A stretch of 64,000 nucleotides of DNA from an uncultured Gemmatimonadota bacterium (GTDB lineage Bacteria > SM23-81 > DAOVCL01). Below the pieces are notes generated by a model that had not been told where the DNA came from, ran no database searches, and was given only the letters and a program-made list of their open reading frames with translations. Below are positions 1 through 8,768 of the stretch, in pieces. Each line of letters starts with the position of its first letter. Position 1 is the first letter of the stretch. The DNA lies in assembly GCA_964626665.1 (NCBI GenBank), contig CAZVGK010000012.1:1-64000 (forward strand). The letters are read 5' to 3'. Made by a program: the position numbers and the translations under genes.

Positions 1-1944
1 TCTCTTAGCCCATGCAGCGTAATAATACGTCACCGAACTTATGAAATAGAGCACTAAGGTATCATAGGAGACAAGGAAGGTGCTTGGTTGATGGGTCCAG
101 ATGGGCATAGCTGGGTCACCGAGTAAGTTCAGATTGCAGATGTTATATCTCTTGGAATCGTCTATCATTCTCGCCACAGTAAAGGCTTCCCCCAGGTTGT
201 ACAAAGGCATCTGGCTGTCGAAGAGAAGCCGAAAAAATTCTACATTCCCCTCTTGATCTCCCCACCAAGTGATCCTGGTATTGCCGATAAAGGCCAGACA
301 GCCCCCGTCTGGGTTGCTCATTATATGTTCGGAGAGGGAGCTTTTGGTGAAGTCATTGGAGGAACAGGTAAAGGAGAGAAGAATCGAGAAGTTATTCCTA
401 TTGGCTAAGCCATCAACATCATCCAAGCCCATCAACCTTTCACTCCCCCAATGGCACTTTATACCCGTCCCCAGAGTGTAAGGTGAGCTGTGATCAAAAT
501 GGTTGACTAGATGGTAGCCCATATTCAATCGATCAACTGCATTGCTCCTGTTTAAGTCCGCATCCCCTCCATATTGGTCGTAGTGGGAGTATAATTTGTA
601 AACCTCAAAGCTGTTGGGGCTATAACCGCCTATAGTATTGTTCAAGTCCTGGCCATGGGAACCAACACATCCACTCCATATTGATGCCCCCATCAAAAGC
701 ACCCTGTTCAGGTAGGCAAGATCGGGATCTCTCTCATACTTTAATATCTTATCCACAAAAATCCTAGCCTCGGTGGTATCCTCCACGGAAGCCCGACCTA
801 AGCCCAAAATGAGATCAGGGTAGTAATCATCCTTATGTGAATCCCCAAAATCACTGTCTCCGTCGTAATTCCAACTGCCGTCTAAAGCCGAGTAGTAGAA
901 GTCAGTGGGCAGATGGTGCCATTCCGAGCCGCCCCCCCATGGCCACTCCTCCCTTGGGGTATAAGCTATACGAGTGGGCACTATCTGGGTATCCCCTCCC
1001 AGCAAAACCCCCCTCGTCTCCCATTTGGAGTAGGCATCCTTGATGAAATTTCTCACCTTCTCCTGAAGGTCGCATCCACCATAATGAGAGGAAATCCAGC
1101 CGATAGTCCTTGGCTCTGTTGGCCAGCCTTTCCTGGTTGCCCAGTTGGCCAGCCTCTGAAACTGGGGTTTAAAAGCTTCAGAGGTGATGATGACAAAGGG
1201 CACCGAATTATCCTGAGATGTGGGGAAGGAGGAGATGGAGAGCTTTTTGGTGGCCAAAGTCCCTTTCTCCAAGGGGATTGAGTGATCCGTAAAATAATCG
1301 ATATCTTCTGGATTGCCAACCAGGTTCTCGACCATCCTCTCCACCCTCCTCTCGATCTGAGTACTCCTCTTTAATATGGGTTGTATCTCATCTTCTGAAG
1401 GAGCAAAGTCCAGAGTAAACGATATATTTGAGTACAAACGCAACTGCCTCTTGGCTGGAAAGTAACGAAGGGGGGGAACCCTTAAAGTTACCAGATGAAA
1501 ACCGGCTATGTACCCTTGGGAAACTATTTTCACCAAGTTTCGAGGATAAGGTAAGGTTGAAGAGTAAACCACAGAATCAGGTGGAACAAACTCAGGCGTG
1601 GGGGGGCCAGAGCCGACCTCTACAGGAGGTTGCACCGGATAGATGAAATAACTCCCCTTGATGACTTGAGAGGTAGAATCGGTGATGGTCACTTCGGAGA
1701 CCTTGACATTTCGAGGGATAACCAGGCGAATCTGTTGGAAAGGCAACCTTGGCTCACCAATAGCAGTGGTGTAAAAATCGCACCCAGCCAAATTAACCGT
1801 AGCATAGCCGTTCTTCTCCCCAAGGGTTAAGTTAGATACGGAAAAGGTTAAGCTGTGAGAAACCTCAGCAGAGGCCTGGCTGCTTATTAAAATGAGGATA
1901 ACTACCAAACTTACCCAAATGGCCAACCTTTTTGTTAAGTTCAT
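1..1944 (-). CDS. C25 family (gingipain-like) cysteine peptidase with signal peptide and C25 propeptide; 3' end lies outside the window
   Basis: Not in the ORF track because no stop falls in the window. Manual translation of segments from ATG 1944 gives MNLTKRLAIWVSLVVILILISSQASA (signal peptide), GEPRLP (propeptide), PTDFYYSALDGSWNYDGD, LGRASVED, NHFDHS (His at 490-492), SFTCSSNDF (Cys at 364-366), AFIGNTR and NLLGDPAM. Confidence 0.85.
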   Translation of the reverse strand, partial: MNLTKRLAIWVSLVVILILISSQASAEVSHSLTFSVSNLTLGEKNGYATVNLAGCDFYTTAIGEPRLPFQQIRLVIPRNVKVSEVTITDSTSQVIKGSYFIYPVQPPVEVGSGPPTPEFVPPDSVVYSSTLPYPRNLVKIVSQGYIAGFHLVTLRVPPLRYFPAKRQLRLYSNISFTLDFAPSEDEIQPILKRSTQIERRVERMVENLVGNPEDIDYFTDHSIPLEKGTLATKKLSISSFPTSQDNSVPFVIITSEAFKPQFQRLANWATRKGWPTEPRTIGWISSHYGGCDLQEKVRNFIKDAYSKWETRGVLLGGDTQIVPTRIAYTPREEWPWGGGSEWHHLPTDFYYSALDGSWNYDGDSDFGDSHKDDYYPDLILGLGRASVEDTTEARIFVDKILKYERDPDLAYLNRVLLMGASIWSGCVGSHGQDLNNTIGGYSPNSFEVYKLYSHYDQYGGDADLNRSNAVDRLNMGYHLVNHFDHSSPYTLGTGIKCHWGSERLMGLDDVDGLANRNNFSILLSFTCSSNDFTKSSLSEHIMSNPDGGCLAFIGNTRITWWGDQEGNVEFFRLLFDSQMPLYNLGEAFTVARMIDDSKRYNICNLNLLGDPAMPIWTHQPSTFLVSYDTLVLYFISSVTYYYAAWAKR

Positions 1945-1971
1945 AAAGGATCTCTCACTTATGATTAAACC

Positions 1972-3411
1972 TTAACGTAGTAGGATCATCTTCTTGGTCT
2001 TGGTTGCCTTTAACCTCTCACCCTTCACCTTTAACCTGTAGAAGTATATCCCGCTGGAGACTTCTTGGCGAAAGTCGTCTCTTCCATTCCAGACCACTGA
2101 GTAATATCCAGGAGATTGCTTTTCATCTATTAGTGTCCTTACCTCCTGGCCAAGGATGTTGTAAACCCTCAGACTCACTGCTGATCGCTGATAGCTGACC
2201 GCTGGGAGGTGGTAGCGGATGAGGGTGGTAGCATTGAACGGATTAGGCCAGTTTTGGGAAAGCTCAAAGCCCTCAGGCAAAACTGTGGGCGGTGGATCAT
2301 CTCCTCCCCCAGAGGGCTTGCTCAGCCAGGGCACAAAATCAACCCAATTGCCCACCGTATCCCCCAGCCCTCCTGGATTTAAGCTCGGGTGATAGGGCCC
2401 GGTCTGGTCCCCCCACCAGTTGCTATCTGCATCCACTATCCCACTGGTGTCCGAGCTATAGAGCCCATAATGGGCATTGCCATAGATGTTGTTCTCCGAA
2501 ATCTTCACGGAGAAGCTGGAGGTGTAGATGCCCCCGCCTGGGGAAGCTGAGTTGTTGGTGATGGTGTTTCCCACTATAACTACGGAGTCTCCTCTGGAAT
2601 ATATCCCACCTCCATCGCAGTATCCATACCCGAAGTTCCCCGTGATAGTATTATTTGCAATGAGAACGGAGGATCCCGAAACACAATAGATACCCGCTCC
2701 AGCGTTTATCCATCCACCCCTGGCTTCATTCCCTTCTATCTCATTTCCCTCCATCCGCACAGAGTTCCTAAAGGCACAGCCGATCCCACCTCCCCAGGTG
2801 GCCCAGTTGTCGGATATGGTATTGTTCAGTATTGATGCAGACGAACTCCTCAGGAATATGCCTCCACCTGAACCATAAAAATCAAAGGCCGCCTTACAAT
2901 GGTTTGCACTGATCACATTTCCCACTATCATCGGAGATGCTGTATCACAGCAGATTCCAGCACCAAGACCACCAAAGTCAGGATCGTAAATGTCATTGAC
3001 TTCGTTAAGAGTGATGATGTTGTAGCATATCTTGGGAGAGGAGTTGTTCCTGCAGAGTATGCCTGCCCCTCGATCACTTCGGCCATTGGTGATGGTAAAC
3101 CCGTCTATCACTGAATTTGTATCCTCCCCGGACTCAAAGGTAACTATCGGGCCATACTCCTCCCACCCATCTATAACGGTAGAATCAGCCCCCTTCTCAC
3201 TGGTCAAAAGTATGGCCTTGCCCTCAAAGTTTATCCTCTTACGAGGGCTACTTATTAAGTACCTTCCTGGAGCAACCAATACCGTATCCCCACCGGTGGC
3301 CATTTTTATACCTGTCTGAATATCTGGCCAGTCCTGGGGGATGCGAATAATCCTCCCCTCCGCTGTGCCCAATACAAGCACCAGGGCCAAAAACTTTATC
3401 AAAGCTTTCAT
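1972..3411 (-). CDS. Secreted right-handed parallel beta-helix repeat protein with C-terminal FlgD-Ig/T9SS-like sorting domain
   Basis: Signal peptide, IRIPQDWPDIQ start, repeated GGGI/GAGI-N-x-I-x-x-N units, NWWG motif, and a LSQNWPNPFN...SSGIYFYRL...KKMILLR tail. Confidence 0.85.
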   Translation of the reverse strand: MKALIKFLALVLVLGTAEGRIIRIPQDWPDIQTGIKMATGGDTVLVAPGRYLISSPRKRINFEGKAILLTSEKGADSTVIDGWEEYGPIVTFESGEDTNSVIDGFTITNGRSDRGAGILCRNNSSPKICYNIITLNEVNDIYDPDFGGLGAGICCDTASPMIVGNVISANHCKAAFDFYGSGGGIFLRSSSASILNNTISDNWATWGGGIGCAFRNSVRMEGNEIEGNEARGGWINAGAGIYCVSGSSVLIANNTITGNFGYGYCDGGGIYSRGDSVVIVGNTITNNSASPGGGIYTSSFSVKISENNIYGNAHYGLYSSDTSGIVDADSNWWGDQTGPYHPSLNPGGLGDTVGNWVDFVPWLSKPSGGGDDPPPTVLPEGFELSQNWPNPFNATTLIRYHLPAVSYQRSAVSLRVYNILGQEVRTLIDEKQSPGYYSVVWNGRDDFRQEVSSGIYFYRLKVKGERLKATKTKKMILLR

Positions 3412-3651
3412 TGCAACCTCCTTTCGGTTTAACTACGGAATCTCACGGCGCGGCAAAACCACAACCAAACACCAGCCACAGATTACACAGATTTCACTGA
3501 ATCTCTGGAACACGAATGACACGAATAAACGAATCTACACGAATAGATAAGGAGATCATAACAATTTTTAACTGTGCAGTCAGGGCTCCCGCCCTGACGG
3601 AAGAGGAATGTCTGGCCGCTGATCCCCGACCCCTGTGAACTGTTATTTATC

Positions 3652-3680
3652 ATTCTACCATCAATACCAGGTTCAGTCAA
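3652..3680 (-). promoter_or_regulatory. sigma70-type promoter for the beta-helix/C25 genes
   Basis: Minus strand TTGACT-17 bp-TAGAAT with TG extension. Confidence 0.55.
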
Positions 3681-3704
3681 GCCATTTTATTCCCCAGAAG
3701 CCCT

Positions 3705-3866
3705 CTACCAATCACTGGGGTCCCTGCTCTCCCCTTCTTCCTCCTCTTTTCTCAGCTCTTCTATACGATCAAGGAGCTTCTGCCACAATCCCTTTTTCTT
3801 CGGTGGCTTCTCCTGGTCAAGCTCCAGGCTCACTTTTGGCTTCGGCTCTTTATCATCAGATTCCAT
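3705..3866 (-). CDS. Small charged hypothetical protein (53 aa), first ORF downstream of the sigma54 promoter
   Basis: ATG 3866 preceded by GGAGG; MESDDKEPKPKVSLELDQEKPPKKKGLWQKLLDRIEELRKEEEEGESRDPSDW. Confidence 0.6.
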   Translation of the reverse strand: MESDDKEPKPKVSLELDQEKPPKKKGLWQKLLDRIEELRKEEEEGESRDPSDW

Positions 3867-4335
3867 AAGGCAAATTCCTCCTGAAGAGGTGATAGGTAAA
3901 AGGTTATAGGTGATAGGTGATAGGTGATAGAGGCCTCTCCTTGAACACGAATTCCACGAATGGACGAATAGCACGAATGAGAGAATCGTAGATCGTAAAT
4001 CTTAGAGCTCTGCGTCCTCTGCGATTTTGTGGTTAATTATCTGCCTTAACCTCATTCTTAATTCTTAATTTTTAATTTTTAATTGCCTTTTCCCCACCAC
4101 TTCTTTTCTCCGTCAGGGCAGGAGCCCTGACAGCACAAAGAAGGATGGAGAATTGAGAATGAATAAGTCGAGATGGGGCTAAAACCGGGTAGAAGTTCGT
4201 TATCTTGGGTGGGACAGGGCATTTGCCCTGTCCCACCACCCCATCTTCCTTTGGAGGAAAGTAAGATGACAGACAAAGGGGAAGGATAAACCCTCCGGTG
4301 GGGAGGGCCAAGCCCTCTGCCTGCATAATTTTTGT

Positions 4336-4353
4336 ATGCGAATTTCGTGCCAA
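4336..4353 (-). promoter_or_regulatory. sigma54 (-24/-12) promoter
   Basis: Minus strand TTGGCACGAAATTCGCAT: GG-N10-GC spacing and the TGGCACG consensus. Confidence 0.8.
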
Positions 4354-4460
4354 AAAAACGACAGCCACTTAGATTTCCTTCTAAGTGACTGTCATTAACT
4401 AAATTGCATATATAATTTTTCTACTTTGACTTATTTACTGAACTAAGAATTCAAAGTTAT

Positions 4461-4568
4461 TGTAACCTTAGAGTCACTGTAAGAACTCAAAAATTAAGCT
4501 AATCTATTGTTAAAACAATACAAAGCTAACTGTGGGGCTATTATCACACTAATTACCCTAAGATCACA
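4461..4568. promoter_or_regulatory. Three 18-bp imperfect palindromes (TGTGAY-N6-RTCACA-like), candidate enhancer (UAS) sites
   Basis: tgtaaccttagagtcact at 4461-4478, tgtggggctattatcaca at 4531-4548, aattaccctaagatcaca at 4551-4568; about 110-215 bp upstream of the -24 box. Confidence 0.5.
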
Positions 4569-7539
4569 GTTTGCCTTCTGTTTGAAATTCCTTTAATCTT
4601 CTACTCAGGGCCTCGCGAGTTATACCAAGAAGTCGGGCAGCCTTTGTCTTGTTTCCTCCTGTTCTCTTAACTGCATTCTCCATCATTTCTCTTCTAACTT
4701 TTTTCAGAATCTCCCCCAAAGAGCCTTTTAACTCCAAGCTGAATATTTCCCCAGATAGCTCCGACTCCCTTGTCCTTATCCCCTCTGACAATACCGCTGG
4801 GGTGATCCAGCCACCTTCGGCCAGGATAGCTACTCTCTCTACCTCGTTTTTCAGTTCCCTCACATTCCCCGGCCAGTCATAGGCGGTGAGAAATCCCAGC
4901 GCTTCCTTGGTTATCCCCTTTATCTTGCCTCCCTTCTTTTCCGTGAAGAGTTCCAGGAAATGGTAGATGAGCGGCTGAATGTCCTCCTTCCTCTCTCTTA
5001 AAGGGGGGAGCTTTATCTCCACCCCAGCGAGCCTGTAGTAGAGATCCTTGCGGAACCTGCCAGCTTTCACCTCCCTCTCCAGGTTCTTGTTGGTGGCCGA
5101 GATTATGCTTACCTCCACCTTCTGGGATTTGGTCTCCCCTACCTTCCTTATCTCCATCTCCTCCAAGACCCTGAGCAGCTTGGCCTGCAACTCTCCACTG
5201 GCATTGGCCACCTCATCCAGGAAGAGTGTCCCTCCCTGAGCCTCCTCAAAGAGACCCTTCTCATCCTGGATGGCATTGGTGAAGGAACCCTTCTTGTGGC
5301 CAAAGAGCTCGCTCTCCAGGAGGGTATCGGTGAAGGCGGCACAGTTTACCGGCAGAAACCTCTTGTCCCTCCTCTGACTGCTATAATGAATAGCTTCGGC
5401 CATAAGCTCCTTGCCGGTTCCCGTCTCCCCCTGGATGAGGATGGGAAGTCGGGAGTCCCGGAAGCTCTGGGCAGTTCTTAGAGCTTCTTCCATCTTGGGG
5501 TTGAGGGTGACTATATTGCCAAAGCCATGCTTCTCCTCCAACCTCTCCCTCAAAGAGAGGTTCTCCTTGAGAAGCTCATCCCTCTGAAACTCCACCACCT
5601 TAACCTGCAGTATCCCCGCAGATCGCACAAAGAAGTTCAGCTCCCTTTGCCGAAATGGTTCCCCTGATACCCTGTCCATATACACGATGCCCTCTACCTG
5701 GCTGTTCAAACCAAGGGGAACAAACATAAGGCTGGATACCTCCTTATCTCTCAAGAAGGGAAACCTCTTATCCTCTGAGGCTAAAGTAGAGAAGACAGGC
5801 TGCCTGGGCTTGAGCACCTCACCATCCAGTGAGTTTAGCCCCTTCAGAAGCCTCCTGGCCTCTTCCTCCTCCATCCCCCAATGCCTCCTCAAGATCATCT
5901 CCTCACTACCTTTGTATCCGATAAGCCCCCTTTGAGCAGACGCTCTCTGGGCTACTTCCCAGAGGAGTTTACCCAGTTCCTCGGCAGATACCTGCTCCAG
6001 CCTCTCCAATAGGCCTTGCTCCTCCCTGGCCTCAACGGTCGCCCGGTCAGAGGCTCTTTCCCATTCAGCCCTTACCTGGTCAACCTCTTTTAGAGCCTCC
6101 CTCTCACCAGCCTCTTCTAACAGAACCCTTGCCCTGACCAGAGCCTCCCTGGCCTCGTCCAAATGGTGGTCCAAGATCAATCCCCTGGCCCTCTCTGCTA
6201 TGCTCCTGGCCAGCCAATGACTCACCTTGAGCCCTTTAAATGCCCTGACGGCCTCCAGCAACTGCCTTTCCCCTTCAGTGCGAGATTCCCCATCCTCAAT
6301 AAGGAACCTTCCACTATAGAAGAGGCTTAAAGCCAGGTCATATCGGGCCTCTGCCTTCTCCAGCAGGGAGACGCTTTTGACAAAGTGCTCTCTCGCCTTT
6401 CGCCTTTCCTCTTTCGTCTCTCCTCTCTCGCCCTTCGTCTCTCGTTCCTCGCCTCTTGCCTGATACACTGCCCCTAAGAGCCTGTGGGCCAGACCTTTAT
6501 CATAGACAGAGCCCAGATGTTGGGCAAGCCTCAGGCTGCGCTCCCCATAGCTGAGGGCACCATCCAGGCTGCCCCGCATAAGGCAGACCCAGCCCAACCT
6601 CTCGCTTGCCTCCATCACTATATCCCCCTCTGGGGCTATCCGCTGGCCAATCTGCAGGGCCTGCAACAAAGCTTGCTCCGCTGCCTCTAAATGAGTACCG
6701 CCCTCCCGCTGAGCCAGGGCTATCTCCCACCAGCCCCTACTCTCCCATACAGTTGCCCTTTCCCTCTGATAGCCACCCTCATCGGCGAGTTTTTGGGCTC
6801 GATCTAAGAGCTCAGTGATTTCAGAGGCTTTATCCCATTTCCTCTGGAGGATGTAGAGCCTACAAAGCGCAGTGGCTCTCCTGGAAATCTCCAAGTCGTT
6901 GCCTAACTTTTCATAGAGTTTCAGGCTTGACCTCAACATTTTGGAGGCCAGTGGCCAATCTATGGCAGCGCGGCGGTGCACAGTGCCCAGGTTGCCCTTG
7001 ACCATTGCCTCCTGCCCCTTATCCCCTTTATTCTGATGGCAGAGATCAAGGGCTTCTGTGAGATGCTCAATAGCCTGTTTAGTCCGGCCGTTTAGGAAAT
7101 AGCCTTGCCCTAATGTATTGAGCACCTGGGCTTTCCTTCTCTCATCCTCCAACCTGTCAAACTCAGCAAGGCTATTCCTCAAATACCTGAGAGCTGTCTT
7201 CGTCTTTCCCAAACCTAATTGCATCTTCCCCAATATCCATTCAATTGTCCCTACTTCCCTTCGTCTATCGGTCAGCTTCAATACCTCGTAGGCCACCTCC
7301 GCTGTCTCGGTATCATACCTACCCAGTTGCTCCTGGGCAAAGGCCAACCTGACCTGTAATTCCGCCCACTCCAAGTCCCTCTCTCCGGGAGTATACCCTT
7401 GGGAGAAGGCCTCTATCTCCTCCACAGCCTTGGCATACTCCCTCTCCCGGAGAAGGACCTCAACCCTCTCCTTGATTTCCCTCAGAGTCGCCCTCGCCTC
7501 CCGAAGCTTTGCTCTTGCTTCCATCTTCTCCACCCCCAT
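4564..7539 (-). CDS. sigma54-dependent transcriptional activator (bEBP): long N-terminal TPR region, GAF-like domain, AAA+ domain, Fis HTH
   Basis: Walker A GETGTGKE, ESELFGHKKGSFTNA (GAFTGA variant), LFLDE, FRKDLYYRL, WPGNVRELKN, NKTKAARLLGI; TPR-like helices over roughly the first 490 aa; no receiver domain. Confidence 0.92.
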   Translation of the reverse strand: MGVEKMEARAKLREARATLREIKERVEVLLREREYAKAVEEIEAFSQGYTPGERDLEWAELQVRLAFAQEQLGRYDTETAEVAYEVLKLTDRRREVGTIEWILGKMQLGLGKTKTALRYLRNSLAEFDRLEDERRKAQVLNTLGQGYFLNGRTKQAIEHLTEALDLCHQNKGDKGQEAMVKGNLGTVHRRAAIDWPLASKMLRSSLKLYEKLGNDLEISRRATALCRLYILQRKWDKASEITELLDRAQKLADEGGYQRERATVWESRGWWEIALAQREGGTHLEAAEQALLQALQIGQRIAPEGDIVMEASERLGWVCLMRGSLDGALSYGERSLRLAQHLGSVYDKGLAHRLLGAVYQARGEERETKGERGETKEERRKAREHFVKSVSLLEKAEARYDLALSLFYSGRFLIEDGESRTEGERQLLEAVRAFKGLKVSHWLARSIAERARGLILDHHLDEAREALVRARVLLEEAGEREALKEVDQVRAEWERASDRATVEAREEQGLLERLEQVSAEELGKLLWEVAQRASAQRGLIGYKGSEEMILRRHWGMEEEEARRLLKGLNSLDGEVLKPRQPVFSTLASEDKRFPFLRDKEVSSLMFVPLGLNSQVEGIVYMDRVSGEPFRQRELNFFVRSAGILQVKVVEFQRDELLKENLSLRERLEEKHGFGNIVTLNPKMEEALRTAQSFRDSRLPILIQGETGTGKELMAEAIHYSSQRRDKRFLPVNCAAFTDTLLESELFGHKKGSFTNAIQDEKGLFEEAQGGTLFLDEVANASGELQAKLLRVLEEMEIRKVGETKSQKVEVSIISATNKNLEREVKAGRFRKDLYYRLAGVEIKLPPLRERKEDIQPLIYHFLELFTEKKGGKIKGITKEALGFLTAYDWPGNVRELKNEVERVAILAEGGWITPAVLSEGIRTRESELSGEIFSLELKGSLGEILKKVRREMMENAVKRTGGNKTKAARLLGITREALSRRLKEFQTEGKL

Positions 7540-7541
7540 CC

Positions 7542-7865
7542 CTACTTGCTCCTTAAGAGCAGCTTGAGGTTAAAGAGGAAGAGTTGAACCCGAGTCCAGA
7601 ATGTCTTCTGCGGTTTCCATTGAATCTTCTGGGGTTCAACCATGACTCCTGAGTTGGTGAAATTGGCTGAAGAATCTGTGGAATCTGAACCTGAGGGTTG
7701 AGGAGGAGTTGCCTTACTCCATCCCCCATCACTCCACGGCTCGGCGGCACAGAGCATAACCCTGCGTTCTGAGCCCGTATTAGCTGAAATTGGCTTTGAC
7801 CAGAAGCCACCCACAGAGCCAAGCATAAAGATTAAAACCAACAAAACTACCAATAACTTTTTCAT
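7542..7865 (-). CDS. Small secreted protein / candidate signalling pro-peptide (107 aa)
   Basis: MKK plus hydrophobic signal peptide, RBS GAGGTG, central AEPWSDGGW segment, Ser/Pro-rich linker, amphipathic basic C-terminus; stop codon 2 nt before the bEBP ATG. Confidence 0.75.
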   Translation of the reverse strand: MKKLLVVLLVLIFMLGSVGGFWSKPISANTGSERRVMLCAAEPWSDGGWSKATPPQPSGSDSTDSSANFTNSGVMVEPQKIQWKPQKTFWTRVQLFLFNLKLLLRSK

Positions 7866-8041
7866 CGTATCTCACCTCACAAAGTTAATAGAATTGTGAA
7901 CGTAAAATTGAGAATTAAGAATGAAAGGGCCAATTAGTTGCAAAAAACGAGGTAGCAGAGCTTTTGTTCTGCCACGGTCAAATTTTCAACCTGAGCAGAT
8001 CTCCATAACAAAAAGCTACAACTTTAGAATTTCTATGTCTA

Positions 8042-8070
8042 AATATAAAGCTAATCTGGCTCTTTGTCAA
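8042..8070 (-). promoter_or_regulatory. sigma70 promoter for the peptide-bEBP operon
   Basis: TTGACA-17 bp-TATATT on the minus strand. Confidence 0.6.
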
Positions 8071-8232
8071 GAGATTTTTTGCTGGCTTTTCTCGCTGAAA
8101 ATCTCACAAGGTTATCACCCTCAGGAATCTCCTTCGAGTAGTCATTCAAAGGGGAGGCCCTCTTCGACGCGGGCTGGCCTCCACCAGATTGCCCTCTGTC
8201 CTCCCAAAGCCTTTTTACTCACCAAGAAGGAG

Positions 8233-8261
8233 TTGACTAAGGGGGCAGTAAGGTTTATAAT
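8233..8261 (+). promoter_or_regulatory. sigma70 promoter directed toward pyk
   Basis: TTGACT-17 bp-TATAAT. Confidence 0.65.
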
Positions 8262-8357
8262 CTGAGAGGTCATAACCTGAACAATACCACAAAGGGCCCA
8301 AGGCCCCGAGTTAGCCCCACGACCATCAGGCACCCTCACCTGGCGGCAAGTGAGGTT

Positions 8358-8385
8358 GGTGGCAGAATCGGGGTTCTGCCACCTC
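8358..8385. repeat. REP-like palindrome GAGGTGGCAGAACCCCGATTCTGCCACC (reverse-orientation copy)
   Basis: Other copies at 8828-8851, 43238-43265, 47607-47634 and 54530-54557; diverged copies at 26714-26741 and 61861-61889. Confidence 0.85.
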
Positions 8386-8549
8386 TGAGGAACCTTTCTA
8401 CCGCACTTTAGGGCAGGGTTGAGGGCCCCTCAGGGCCACTATGGAGTGTGGTAACTCCTGTTGACGCTTACTGTGACAGGACACTCCAAAGGGGCTCAAG
8501 CCCCAAAAACCCCCAGCTAAAGCCGGGTAGAAGTGTAGAGGTCGCTTTT

Positions 8550-8768
8550 ATCCCAATCTATTTATAAATTCGTAGTAACATCTTGAATCGTTAGGTACTT
8601 CTAATCGCAGGGACTCCGATTTATCGGAGTCCGAGGGAGCGGACAGACCTCCCGACCTCCTGCGGCGGTCGGGACAAGTTCCGGTCTGTCCCTACATGAC
8701 AATGCAGAATCCAGCCAATCTCAAGAGATTACCTCAATCCGCTATTAGTTTATGAATAATTCAGGTTA
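8550..8768. repeat. MITE-like element bounded by ACCCG(A/G)ATTATTCAT...ATGAATAAT(T/C)C(A/G)G-type inverted ends, with a nested GTAG-type palindrome
   Basis: Related elements at about 26817-26956 (shares taacatct(t/c)gaatcg(t/c)ta) and 46311-46462. Confidence 0.55.

Noticed and set aside
269-1830. Short ORFs listed in the track over 269-1830
   Set aside because: They are shadows of the minus-strand C25 peptidase frame
4072-4368. 98-aa and 65-aa ORFs downstream of the activator
   Set aside because: They run through the sigma54 promoter and REP-like palindromes, with no RBS or protein-like features
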